In this document: piece after piece, positions 1 through 7,655 of the stretch
Layout: each line of letters begins with the position of its first letter
Numbering within the stretch: position 1 is the first letter of the stretch
Source: an uncultured virus (IMG/VR IMGVR_UViG_3300024301_001491)
Taxonomy: Duplodnaviria; Heunggongvirae; Uroviricota; Caudoviricetes
Length of the DNA: 64,000 nt
IMG/VR virus record: IMGVR_UViG_3300024301_001491
Direction: 5' to 3' (one strand)
Program-made: the position numbers and the translations under genes
The notes under the pieces: model-generated
Databases searched by the model: none
Seen by the model: only the letters and a program-made list of their open reading frames with translations
What the model was told of the DNA's origin: nothing

Positions 1-260
1 ATACCAGTTGCTTTCAATGCTTGATTAATAGCAATAGTCTGTGACACCAATGCATTGCCATACGAAAACATAATCGTATTGGTCGTAGTATCAAATAGAG
101 GACCACTGCCAGAGATAGACGCACAACAGCCGCCTGGATCGGCACCATAAGTGATACCTTCCCAAGCTTGTTGATCTATGAGGTTTTGGCTGGTATCTGC
201 TTTAGAGACCGATAAGCAGGAGAGTAACAATACCCCAGCCAATATACGCAGTATTTTCAT
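1..260 (-). CDS. Secreted hypothetical protein, partial (runs off the window edge)
   Basis: Manual translation from ATG at 260: MKILRILAGVLLLSCLSVSKADTSQNLIDQQAWEGITYGADPGGCC..., signal-peptide-like N-terminus, open to position 1. Confidence 0.7.
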   Translation of the reverse strand, partial: MKILRILAGVLLLSCLSVSKADTSQNLIDQQAWEGITYGADPGGCCASISGSGPLFDTTTNTIMFSYGNALVSQTIAINQALKATG

Positions 261-735
261 TCTTATCCTCAACAACTGGTTCTACGCTACTAGTCTTGCC
301 TGCTTGCTTCCAGGCTTCTTTAGCTTCAGGACCAATCTTACCTTCGTACGGACATGGCGTTCCTGCCATCAACATTGCATCAAAGACTCTTGGGTCTTGG
401 CATAATGTAGAAATGGCAGCAACCTTCATACCCATATCGTAAAGGGTCTTGGATAACTTTAATCGTTCGCAATTCATATCACGCACAGTAGTGGCACCCG
501 AGATACCTAGTATCTGAGTCTGTACTGCGCCTGATACACCGACCGTACATAGGTCAGTGTTACTAGCATTTATTGATGGTGATATTGCACTTGGTGGCGG
601 AGACTTGACGGTAGTCTCGGCCTTTGATGTCGAATTTACTGTGCTGCTTGAAGTCGAATCAGTGACGATTGGTTGAGCAATCGTGATGGATGTAGAAATA
701 ATAAAGCTAACAGCAATTGCTAGCTTCTTGTACAT
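202..735 (-). CDS. Phage protein with signal peptide, Cys-rich domain and C-terminal hydrophobic segment
   Basis: 177-aa ORF; motifs PPPSAISP, NCERLK, LCQD, GTPCP; follows a TATAAATA late promoter. Confidence 0.75.
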   Translation of the reverse strand: MYKKLAIAVSFIISTSITIAQPIVTDSTSSSTVNSTSKAETTVKSPPPSAISPSINASNTDLCTVGVSGAVQTQILGISGATTVRDMNCERLKLSKTLYDMGMKVAAISTLCQDPRVFDAMLMAGTPCPYEGKIGPEAKEAWKQAGKTSSVEPVVEDKNENTAYIGWGIVTLLLIGL

Positions 736-774
736 TATGTTTCCTTTAATGCAAATAAAATATAGGGTTCATCT

Positions 775-808
775 TATTTATAAAAAAAGGAACCTTAAGG
801 TTCCTTTT
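775..808 (-). terminator. Intrinsic terminator fused to T4-type late promoter TATAAATA
   Basis: Inverted repeat aaaaggaacc-ttaa-ggttcctttt; on the minus strand the U-tract runs directly into TATAAATA. Confidence 0.75.
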
Positions 809-989
809 ATTGTTTTTTCTGGGATTCCAGATAATCCTCAACGTTATCCTTTAATGTTTGAGGCAACGGTTGTCCGTTCTTTTTAGTTTCGTTACCATCG
901 CGACCAAATATTGCGTCCCATCGTTCAGCATATTCCTGATTACTTACACTGAATGGTCGAGGTGCTGAACCTTTTCCACCATCTGACAT
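807..989 (-). CDS. Small hypothetical phage protein
   Basis: 60-aa ORF (GGKGSAPRP...WDAIFG) with AGGAG RBS. Confidence 0.7.
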   Translation of the reverse strand: MSDGGKGSAPRPFSVSNQEYAERWDAIFGRDGNETKKNGQPLPQTLKDNVEDYLESQKKQ

Positions 990-1023
990 AGTATTCTCCT
1001 TTAAAATATAGACTTATTATATA

Positions 1024-1776
1024 TCAAAAATGAAATGGGCACTTGCTTTTAGATTCCATTGCAATTTTTGCTTTTTTAGACCTATTATATGTGCCACCAA
1101 ATGTATTCATCATGGTCGTTATCCTAGAATATTCTAGGCTGTCTACTAGATGACACCGCATTTCGACTTCGTCTTCCGTCTGAGGAATTATATAATACAT
1201 CGGCGTTCCAGCAATAATATTAAATTGCGGAATGTCATTCTCAACGAATACGTTAATATTTGTTGCATTCTGATAGTAGAAATTCAATGTACCTGGAAGA
1301 ATAGTCATCTTGTTCCAAATATTCATTGTATGATACGTTGCTGGTAGCATTGTAAAATATGTTTTACTTTTAGAAGAAGCTAACCACGGTGATGTAAATT
1401 TATGATGTTTTTTAGATCCAAAATAAGGTTTATCGATAATATCATACTGCAATTCCGGATGCGAAACACCATGAGTATTGCCCTGACCATCTGAAACCTC
1501 TAGTCCTGTTTCATTTGTTGCGATTGCGACATCTGCCCAAAATGGAAAAATCCAAGTATTTGCAAACATCGTATTGATGCCTTCGCACTTTTTGATGGAT
1601 GAAGTTTTTGAAACAAGTGAAGTTCCAGATATAGGTTGCGTCAAAGTTGCTGGAAGACGTTTCCACCAACCAGGATAATCATCTTTGCCAAACTTTCTAA
1701 TCTGGTGGAATGTGTACACAGCCTTATCTGTAGTATACCAATCTACTACTACTTTTTTGCGTTTAAACCAAAACAT
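1024..1776 (-). CDS. Hypothetical protein, possibly a dUTPase-like beta-clip fold
   Basis: 250-aa ORF with SIKKCEG, KFTSPW, ILPG, AGTP and a C-terminal KCPF. Confidence 0.6.
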   Translation of the reverse strand: MFWFKRKKVVVDWYTTDKAVYTFHQIRKFGKDDYPGWWKRLPATLTQPISGTSLVSKTSSIKKCEGINTMFANTWIFPFWADVAIATNETGLEVSDGQGNTHGVSHPELQYDIIDKPYFGSKKHHKFTSPWLASSKSKTYFTMLPATYHTMNIWNKMTILPGTLNFYYQNATNINVFVENDIPQFNIIAGTPMYYIIPQTEDEVEMRCHLVDSLEYSRITTMMNTFGGTYNRSKKAKIAMESKSKCPFHF

Positions 1777-1790
1777 CGTATATTCATCCT

Positions 1791-2000
1791 TTAATATATT
1801 TTAGTTGGAACAACATAACTTTTTTTATTTAAAATTAGTTTATTCTTATCATCTGTAATTTCAAAATCTTTAATCTGACTAATGCCATGTAAGTGTTTTG
1901 CCCAACTATTTATACGTTGATTAGATGGGAACATCATTTTTGTTGTGTATTCAAATCCATGTTCCCATTGAACAAATATATTTACGTATTTTGCATCCAT
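1791..2000 (-). CDS. Hypothetical protein
   Basis: 69-aa ORF filling the gap between the tRNA and the next gene. Confidence 0.45.
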   Translation of the reverse strand: MDAKYVNIFVQWEHGFEYTTKMMFPSNQRINSWAKHLHGISQIKDFEITDDKNKLILNKKSYVVPTKIY

Positions 2001-2013
2001 GCTTTAATATTAT

Positions 2014-2090
2014 TGGTACACCCACTAGGACTTGAACCTAGGACCAATGGATTATGAGTCCACTGCTCTAACCAACTGAGCTATAGGTGT
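2014..2090 (-). tRNA. tRNA with CAT anticodon, probably Ile2 (lysidine type); elongator Met not excluded
   Basis: Cloverleaf with acceptor ACACCTA/TGGGTGT, anticodon arm GTGGA CT CAT AA TCCAT, T-loop TTCAAGT and encoded CCA. Confidence 0.9.
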
Positions 2091-2096
2091 ACTGTA

Positions 2097-3242
2097 TTAA
2101 TCCCTCAGAAGTTTAATCATTCGTTCGGCCAGTGCTTTGAACCATGCTTCGTCATGTCCACGAGTTGTCTCTGCAGCAACTCCAATACGTACACCACTGG
2201 TTTCAACAAAGCCGCGAGTATCACCAGGTACACCATTCTTATTTGCGGTAATACCGTTTGCTTCCAATAAGTCAGCAAACTGACGACCACTATATTTCTC
2301 TTTGTTCAAGTTGATTGTCATCATGTGGCATTGTGTTCCACCTGATACAACATCAACACCGGCATCCATAAATGTTTGTGCCATTGCATGTGCATTGATA
2401 CGTATACGTTTAGCATATAGCTTAAACTCAGGCTGGAGTGCTTCATAGAAACATTGTGCTTTGGCAGCAATAATATGCATCAATGGACCACCTTGAGTTC
2501 CAGGAAATACTGCGCCGTTGATCTTCTTGCTAAAGTCTTCTTCATCCCACATAATCATACCACCACGAGGACCTCGCAATGTCTTATGTGTTGTTGTAGT
2601 CACTACATCTGCATATGGGAATGGACTTGGGTATTCGCCACCGGCAACCAATCCTGAGTAGTGACTGACGTCTGCAAGTAGAATAGCACCAACTGAATCA
2701 GCAATTGCACGGAATGCTTCCCAATCAATGACTTGACTGTATGCACTGGCACCAGCAATAATCATTTTGGGTTGATACAAATTTGCTTTATCAGCAATGT
2801 CTTGGTAATCAAGACGCCCGTTACTATCAACACCATAGCTATAAGACGTAAACCATCTGCCGCTAACGTTGACACCAGCACCATGTGATAAATGTCCACC
2901 ACTTGCCAAGTCCATACCAAGGATAACATCGCCTGGACTCAAGAATGCTTTGAACACTGCTAGGTTAGCATTGGCACCAGAATGAGGTTGGACGTTTGCG
3001 TATTTACAACCAAACAACTCAGTAGCGTATTCAATCGCAAGTTCTTCAACCTTATCAACTTCTTCGCATCCATTGTAATAACGTTTTCCAGGAAGACCTT
3101 CGGCGTACTTATTGGTAAGAATACTACCGCATAGTTCCATTACTGCATCGCTAGTGAAGTTTTCGCTGGCAATAAGTTCGATTGTATCCTGTTGTCTAAC
3201 ACCTTCGTCGGCAACAATTAGTTTAATTCGTGGATCAATCAT
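2097..3242 (-). CDS. glyA: Serine hydroxymethyltransferase
   Basis: LIASEN, NKYAEG, GGHLSHG, TTTHKTLRGPRGG (PLP lysine) and FPGTQGGP motifs. Confidence 0.97.
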   Translation of the reverse strand: MIDPRIKLIVADEGVRQQDTIELIASENFTSDAVMELCGSILTNKYAEGLPGKRYYNGCEEVDKVEELAIEYATELFGCKYANVQPHSGANANLAVFKAFLSPGDVILGMDLASGGHLSHGAGVNVSGRWFTSYSYGVDSNGRLDYQDIADKANLYQPKMIIAGASAYSQVIDWEAFRAIADSVGAILLADVSHYSGLVAGGEYPSPFPYADVVTTTTHKTLRGPRGGMIMWDEEDFSKKINGAVFPGTQGGPLMHIIAAKAQCFYEALQPEFKLYAKRIRINAHAMAQTFMDAGVDVVSGGTQCHMMTINLNKEKYSGRQFADLLEANGITANKNGVPGDTRGFVETSGVRIGVAAETTRGHDEAWFKALAERMIKLLRD

Positions 3243-3544
3243 TTTGTTTTAAGTACCCATTCTGCCAATTCTTTAACCTGGGCATCAGTTAATTGAGGTT
3301 GTGCAGGCATAGGAATTACACCCCATACACCACTACCTCCTGATTTAATTTTCTTAGTCAAATATTCAACTGCGTCTTTGCGTCCTGCGTATTTAGCAGC
3401 CACATCTTTATATGCTGGCCCAACCAGTTTCTTGTCCACAGCATGACAAGCTAAACACATATTTTTTTGTGCAAGAGCACGGGTATCTGCCATAGATACA
3501 GTTGCAGTCACGGCAAGAGCAATTGTTAATAATAGTTTTTTCAT
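3239..3544 (-). CDS. Class I cytochrome c (c551/c552-like) with signal peptide
   Basis: CLACH heme-binding motif, VGPAYKDVA, and GVWG..PMP carrying the axial Met. Confidence 0.93.
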   Translation of the reverse strand: MKKLLLTIALAVTATVSMADTRALAQKNMCLACHAVDKKLVGPAYKDVAAKYAGRKDAVEYLTKKIKSGGSGVWGVIPMPAQPQLTDAQVKELAEWVLKTK

Positions 3545-3553
3545 ATCGATTCC

Positions 3554-4525
3554 TTATGTGATTAAATGACTAGTATATCCGTCTTTAAGACTTCTATTAA
3601 CTTCCCAATCGCCAAGATCGTTCCATTCTCTTTGAGAATTTATAGATTCTGTATTGACGTATTTTAGGTTCCTATTGATCTGTGCATCGGATCCAACATT
3701 AATAAATATCGATCCTGGCTTTGCGTCACGCTTAAATAGATACCAAGCTTTTGCATCATAAGCACCAGTCGTGGGAAATGGCATGGTATCTGCGTCAGGG
3801 GTCTTTGTGAGAAAGGGGATTGTTGCGGACTCTATAATAGCTTCACCCTTCTCGCCATCTTTAATATTGCGAGCAACCGCAACGCCTCTTGGAGTGGCAT
3901 TCGGCCAACCGAGTTGAAGTGCGCGAATCATCGTACCAGTTGATACTGCGCAATAGATTTCTGCAGGATCCTTGCCAAGATCGTTGGACACTGTTCGACA
4001 CATGTTGATGAGTCCAGCGGTAACAATTGGAGTCTCTTTAAATCCAAATGGAATGTATCCATATCCGCGTTGGATAGCCCACTTCTTTGCATAACCATTT
4101 AACATAGGCATTGCTGCTGTCTTAAAGAACCGAACTTCAACGTTCTCATAAGCAAATACAGATCCTTGGTGATCTGATACTTGCTTAGATGCTGGCATAA
4201 AGAATACAACCTTCTTGCCGTATTCACGAGCAATAGCAGCGATTGCGTCGGGAGCGTGACCTTGACGTGGAGCTACGTATACAAATGTATCGCGAGGAGA
4301 ATCAGATATCACGCGCTCACCGCCGAAAGCTTTTAGTCCGCCTGGTGCAAGATCTGCACGTAGAATATATTTGTCTTCATACTCTTCTACTACTGGTGTA
4401 CCAAACCTAGATTTATATGTACCCCACATATCGAGGTAGTAGTCGCGCCCATCTGCACGATCCATACCTAAATATAAATCTTTGTTAGTTTCACTCTGCG
4501 TAACTTGGTATAAAGCTTTACCCAT
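3554..4525 (-). CDS. PLP-dependent fold-type II enzyme of the phage DNA-hypermodification type
   Basis: RADL..GGLK (PLP Lys), AVSTGT phosphate loop, YDAKAW, FINVG; resembles the PLP enzymes paired with amino acid:DNA transferases. Confidence 0.75.
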   Translation of the reverse strand: MGKALYQVTQSETNKDLYLGMDRADGRDYYLDMWGTYKSRFGTPVVEEYEDKYILRADLAPGGLKAFGGERVISDSPRDTFVYVAPRQGHAPDAIAAIAREYGKKVVFFMPASKQVSDHQGSVFAYENVEVRFFKTAAMPMLNGYAKKWAIQRGYGYIPFGFKETPIVTAGLINMCRTVSNDLGKDPAEIYCAVSTGTMIRALQLGWPNATPRGVAVARNIKDGEKGEAIIESATIPFLTKTPDADTMPFPTTGAYDAKAWYLFKRDAKPGSIFINVGSDAQINRNLKYVNTESINSQREWNDLGDWEVNRSLKDGYTSHLIT

Positions 4526-4543
4526 AATTCTACCTTTTATAAA

Positions 4544-4617
4544 TGGAGCGGGATAGGAGAATCGAACTCCTAACGGAAGATTGGAAATCTACAGTTTTCC
4601 CATTAAACTAATCCCGC
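4544..4617 (-). tRNA. tRNA-Gly(TCC)
   Basis: Cloverleaf, anticodon loop TT TCC AA, CCA end. Confidence 0.93.
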
Positions 4618-4618
4618 A

Positions 4619-4695
4619 TGGCCTGCCCTGAGAGGTTCGAACTCCCGACCCACAGCTTAGAAGGCTGTTGCTCTATCCAACTGAGCTAAGGGCAG
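4619..4695 (-). tRNA. tRNA-Arg(TCT)
   Basis: Cloverleaf, loop CT TCT AA, CCA end. Confidence 0.95.
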
Positions 4696-4699
4696 GAAT

Positions 4700-4807
4700 C
4701 TACCTTATACTTATGTTACCTGAAGGAAATCTAACATCCACAGAATATCTAGTGACTGCACAAGAAGCCATCATAAGACTAATAAAAATTATTATAACAT
4801 TTTTCAT
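4700..4807 (-). CDS. Putative 35-aa lipoprotein
   Basis: MKNVIIIFISLMMASCAVTRYSVDVRFPSGNISIR, with a lipobox-like MASC. Confidence 0.45.
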   Translation of the reverse strand: MKNVIIIFISLMMASCAVTRYSVDVRFPSGNISIR

Positions 4808-4879
4808 AATATAATTCAGGGATTATTGAAGTATAGGTGGGGAGTCCGTAGACTCCCCGTGCCTTCACACGGCAGTATC

Positions 4880-5419
4880 TTATACTAGATTTGCTACAGC
4901 TTTTAGATAGTTAACAACTGTATCTGGATGTGTCTCTCCATATGGATCACCTGGTGCAAGATCCATAATACCTGGTTCCACAAACGTACGTTCTACGATG
5001 CAATCTTTGATGACTGCCGCATAACGCCATGAGCGGTAACCAAAGCCGAGATTCTTTTTGCTAACAAGCATTCCCATTCCGGTAGTAAATTCGCCATTAC
5101 CATCCGGTAGCGCTTTCAGCTTTTCTACTTTTTGGTCGATCATCCATTTACGCATAACGAATGCATCATTAACAGATACGACATAAACTTCGTCAATGCC
5201 AAGAGAACGAATCTCCTCGTATGCCGCCTCAAACCCAGGAACCTGGAATGTAGAACATGTAGGAGTAAATGCTCCTGGAAGTGAAAAGATTACTACGCGC
5301 TTATTTAAAAACAAGTCTTTACTTGTTTGCAATTCCCATCGGAAAGGATTATCTCCTCCGATACTCTCATCACGAACACGCATATAAAATGTCGTGTCAG
5401 GCACAAATTTCAAACTCAT
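4880..5419 (-). CDS. Peroxiredoxin (Prx5/redoxin family)
   Basis: PGAFTPTCS, VSVNDAFVM, PDGNGEFT and RSWRY motifs; ATG start at 5419 after GGAG. Confidence 0.93.
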   Translation of the reverse strand: MSLKFVPDTTFYMRVRDESIGGDNPFRWELQTSKDLFLNKRVVIFSLPGAFTPTCSTFQVPGFEAAYEEIRSLGIDEVYVVSVNDAFVMRKWMIDQKVEKLKALPDGNGEFTTGMGMLVSKKNLGFGYRSWRYAAVIKDCIVERTFVEPGIMDLAPGDPYGETHPDTVVNYLKAVANLV

Positions 5420-5432
5420 TATATTCTCCAAA

Positions 5433-5517
5433 TGGTGCGACTGGCCAGAATCGAACTGGCATGACTTGCGTCGACAGATTTTAAGTCTGTTGTGTATACC
5501 AATTTCACCACAGTCGC
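5433..5517 (-). tRNA. tRNA-Leu(TAA)
   Basis: Cloverleaf with long variable arm, loop CT TAA AA, CCA end. Confidence 0.93.
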
Positions 5518-5525
5518 ATTGTTAA

Positions 5526-5654
5526 TTAACGGCCTTGACCGCGATATTTTTTGTGATCTTTACGACATTTATTTGCACTGGCAGTTTTACTACCATTTTG
5601 GCAAGTTCCTTTATGCACCTTGCGGCGTACTTCTTTTCCTTTTACAGCTGCCAT
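5526..5654 (-). CDS. Small basic protein ending in KKYRGQGR
   Basis: 42 aa from MAAVKG, AAGGAG RBS; the longer track ORF overlaps a tRNA. Confidence 0.65.
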   Translation of the reverse strand: MAAVKGKEVRRKVHKGTCQNGSKTASANKCRKDHKKYRGQGR

Positions 5655-5681
5655 TATAACATACTCCTTAATAAAAATGTA

Positions 5682-5766
5682 TGGTGCGGGTGAAGGGACT
5701 CGAACCCCCACGTCTTTCAACGCTAGAACCTAAATCTAGTGCGGCTACCAATTACGCCACACCCGC
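5682..5766 (-). tRNA. tRNA-Leu(TAG)
   Basis: Cloverleaf with long variable arm, loop TT TAG GT, CCA end. Confidence 0.93.
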
Positions 5767-5771
5767 TTTTG

Positions 5772-5885
5772 TTAGTGACGGTTACGAACTTCCGTCGTGA
5801 TTTTATCGTAATCACCGTAAAAATTGACTAGAGTCAACTCGATTTGCACGTTCAACTTTCGTTGAATTACGCTGCGAGGCGTGTA
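5772..5885 (-). ncRNA. Candidate multi-hairpin ncRNA between tRNA-Pro and tRNA-Leu
   Basis: Five consecutive hairpins (ACGC/GCGT, TTCAAC-GAAA-GTTGAA, AGTTGAC/GTCAATT, GTGATT/AATCAC, GACGG/CCGTC); no credible ORF. Confidence 0.55.
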
Positions 5886-5889
5886 ATAA

Positions 5890-5967
5890 TGGTCGGAGAT
5901 GTAGGATTCGAACCTACGATTTCTCGGTCCCAAACCGAGCGGATTAACCAGACTCTCCTAATCTCCG
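5890..5967 (-). tRNA. tRNA-Pro(TGG)
   Basis: Acceptor CGGAGAT/ATCTCCG, loop TT TGG GA, CCA end. Confidence 0.9.
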
Positions 5968-6022
5968 AGGCACTTGCATGGGTTCTTTCTTATTATAACA
6001 CAATTTGTATTATATACATCTT

Positions 6023-6107
6023 TGGTGGAAGTGATAGGGATCGAACCTATTGTGACTTACGTCGGCGGAGTTACAGTCCGCTGCCATACCATTACGGCGG
6101 CACTTCC
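6023..6107 (-). tRNA. tRNA-Tyr(GTA)
   Basis: Long variable arm, loop CT GTA AC, CCA end. Confidence 0.9.
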
Positions 6108-6112
6108 AAAAA

Positions 6113-6188
6113 TGGCTCCTCGAGTAGGGCTCGAACCTACGACCAACAGATTAACAGTCTGCTGCTCTACCAACTGAGCTATCGAGGA
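6113..6188 (-). tRNA. tRNA-Asn(GTT)
   Basis: Cloverleaf, loop CT GTT AA, CCA end. Confidence 0.95.
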
Positions 6189-6189
6189 A

Positions 6190-6264
6190 TGGTGCCGGAT
6201 GTCGGGTTCGAACTGACGACCTACCGCTTACAAGGCGGTTGCTCTACCACTGAGCTAATCCGGC
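6190..6264 (-). tRNA. tRNA-Thr(TGT)
   Basis: Cloverleaf, loop CT TGT AA, CCA end. Confidence 0.95.
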
Positions 6265-6344
6265 TAATCAAAATCAATTATACACTTTTTATTATTTTAT
6301 AGATAATGCATTCTTCAACGTGCGAAATATTTATACACATTTCA

Positions 6345-6638
6345 TCAATAACGTTCGTATACATACACATCGACGTGTGATGCGTTTCTAAGGCCATCGA
6401 CAATATTGCCAAAATAGTCATAAGAGCGCAAAGCATTTTTGCGCATTCCAGTGCCATAAGGATATACGTTGACAGACTTTTTAAAAAAAGGTTTGCGGCC
6501 GCGCATTACAACGCGGTATTTTTTCTTTGAAATTTTATTTAAAGCAGAAATATTTTTTTTCAATTCACCGATTTGAATCATATCAGAAGCAGACATTGTA
6601 TCGGCAGTAAAACGATAAGATGCGGATTGACGAATCAT
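6345..6638 (-). CDS. Hypothetical early protein
   Basis: 97-aa ORF directly behind an early-type promoter, GAGGA RBS. Confidence 0.7.
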   Translation of the reverse strand: MIRQSASYRFTADTMSASDMIQIGELKKNISALNKISKKKYRVVMRGRKPFFKKSVNVYPYGTGMRKNALRSYDYFGNIVDGLRNASHVDVYVYERY

Positions 6639-6668
6639 GTTAATAGTCCTCTGTTTGTCTATGGATTA

Positions 6669-6745
6669 ATTATAACAAAATACCGAATTCTTGTACATAG
6701 TAGTACACTAAAAAAGTATACTATTTTTGTAATACTTAGGTACTA
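6669..6745 (-). promoter_or_regulatory. Early-type promoter (TGTACA-17-TATAAT) with upstream AGTACT/AATACT elements
   Basis: -10 at 6669-6674, -35 at 6692-6697; near-duplicate of 50208-50283. Confidence 0.75.
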
Positions 6746-6770
6746 AAAAGGGGTCCGAAGACCCCTAAAA
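6745..6770 (-). terminator. Intrinsic terminator
   Basis: AGGGGTC-TTCG-GACCCCT followed by a U-tract. Confidence 0.8.
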
Positions 6771-6791
6771 ATTTAATACCCTAGTATTATA

Positions 6792-6911
6792 TTAATCATT
6801 TTTAAGTATCAACAGAGCTAAGTCGCGACGACCTAGTCTGGTTAGTTCAGCGGCAGCTCTAGCTTTACCGATAGACGCAAAAAACGTTTGAACATTACGT
6901 AGAATCTTCAT
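6792..6911 (-). CDS. 39-aa hypothetical protein
   Basis: Manual translation MKILRNVQTFFASIGKARAAAELTRLGRRDLALLILKND; ATGA overlap with the upstream gene. Confidence 0.6.
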   Translation of the reverse strand: MKILRNVQTFFASIGKARAAAELTRLGRRDLALLILKND

Positions 6912-7063
6912 ACGATGAACCCTCCATTTTTGCGCTCGTATATACGAGCCCAATATTCTACTTCTGCAGAAGACTGTGGGTTTTTACTGATAATGAATGC
7001 TTCAAATTGATAGTGGGGTGTCGGCGTTAGTGCCGCCACAATTTTTTTAATTATTGTTTTCAT
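6908..7063 (-). CDS. Small protein, DUF3563-like
   Basis: 51 aa from MKTIIKK; S..P.S.AEVEYW.R.YE pattern; AAGGA RBS. Confidence 0.55.
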   Translation of the reverse strand: MKTIIKKIVAALTPTPHYQFEAFIISKNPQSSAEVEYWARIYERKNGGFIV

Positions 7064-7130
7064 ATAATCCTTTTGAGATTTTACACGCAAAAATGCCTGG
7101 GCAAGGATCACTCACCCAGGCGGCGATTTC

Positions 7131-7199
7131 TTATTTGTAGATGGGACCTGTAGGCTGATTAAACCAAGTTTCCCATTCCTCGTCGGAAACGGGCCACAT
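7131..7199 (-). CDS. 22-aa peptide MWPVSDEEWETWFNQPTGPIYK
   Basis: Manual translation; sits between the 72-aa gene stop and a GCCTGGG/CCCAGGC hairpin. Confidence 0.45.
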   Translation of the reverse strand: MWPVSDEEWETWFNQPTGPIYK

Positions 7200-7201
7200 G
7201 A

Positions 7202-7420
7202 TTAGTCTTTCTTAGATACGAAAGAATAAAATTCCGTAGCCTTTTTCATCAATTCATCGGTCGAATAAGGTGCCAAAGCAGCCTGCATTTCTTCGGCTGT
7301 TTTCTTACCTTGTTCAAACATTTGCTGGGTGAACACATAGTTCATTTCCCACTGTTTGTCCATGTAGTCTTTAGCCATATGAAGCATTTCAGAGCGGATT
7401 TCGAAGGGATTTTTAGACAT
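7202..7420 (-). CDS. Phage hypothetical protein (NPFEIR...KA.EFY.FV type)
   Basis: 72-aa ORF with AAGGAG RBS. Confidence 0.75.
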   Translation of the reverse strand: MSKNPFEIRSEMLHMAKDYMDKQWEMNYVFTQQMFEQGKKTAEEMQAALAPYSTDELMKKATEFYSFVSKKD

Positions 7421-7625
7421 GATCGACTACTCCTTTATTGATTTGCTTAACGATATCAGCTGTTTTTTGAACAACTTCTCCGCCTTTAGCAATCTGATCT
7501 TTATAGAAAGAGTAGGTATATGCGTTGAATGCTTTTTCGAAAGCTTTCCAGCCTTCTACTTTAAGATCAACAAATGAATTGATGAATTCGGCATTGTGCT
7601 GCGCCACAGCTTTTAATGTGTACAT
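7413..7625 (-). CDS. Hypothetical helical protein, possibly phasin-like
   Basis: 70-aa ORF, AAGGAGG RBS, late promoter at 7682-7689. Confidence 0.65.
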   Translation of the reverse strand: MYTLKAVAQHNAEFINSFVDLKVEGWKAFEKAFNAYTYSFYKDQIAKGGEVVQKTADIVKQINKGVVDHV

Positions 7626-7655
7626 ATGTACCTCCTTGTGTGTGTGTATGGAACA

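Noticed and set aside
5867..5892. ACA CGC CTC GCA GCG TAA (...RLAA stop) resembling a tmRNA tag end
   Set aside because: There is no tmRNA acceptor stem, resume context or 3' T-arm with CCA; the upstream sequence is tRNA-Pro.
5844..6302. 152-aa plus-strand ORF
   Set aside because: It lies antisense to four tRNA genes.
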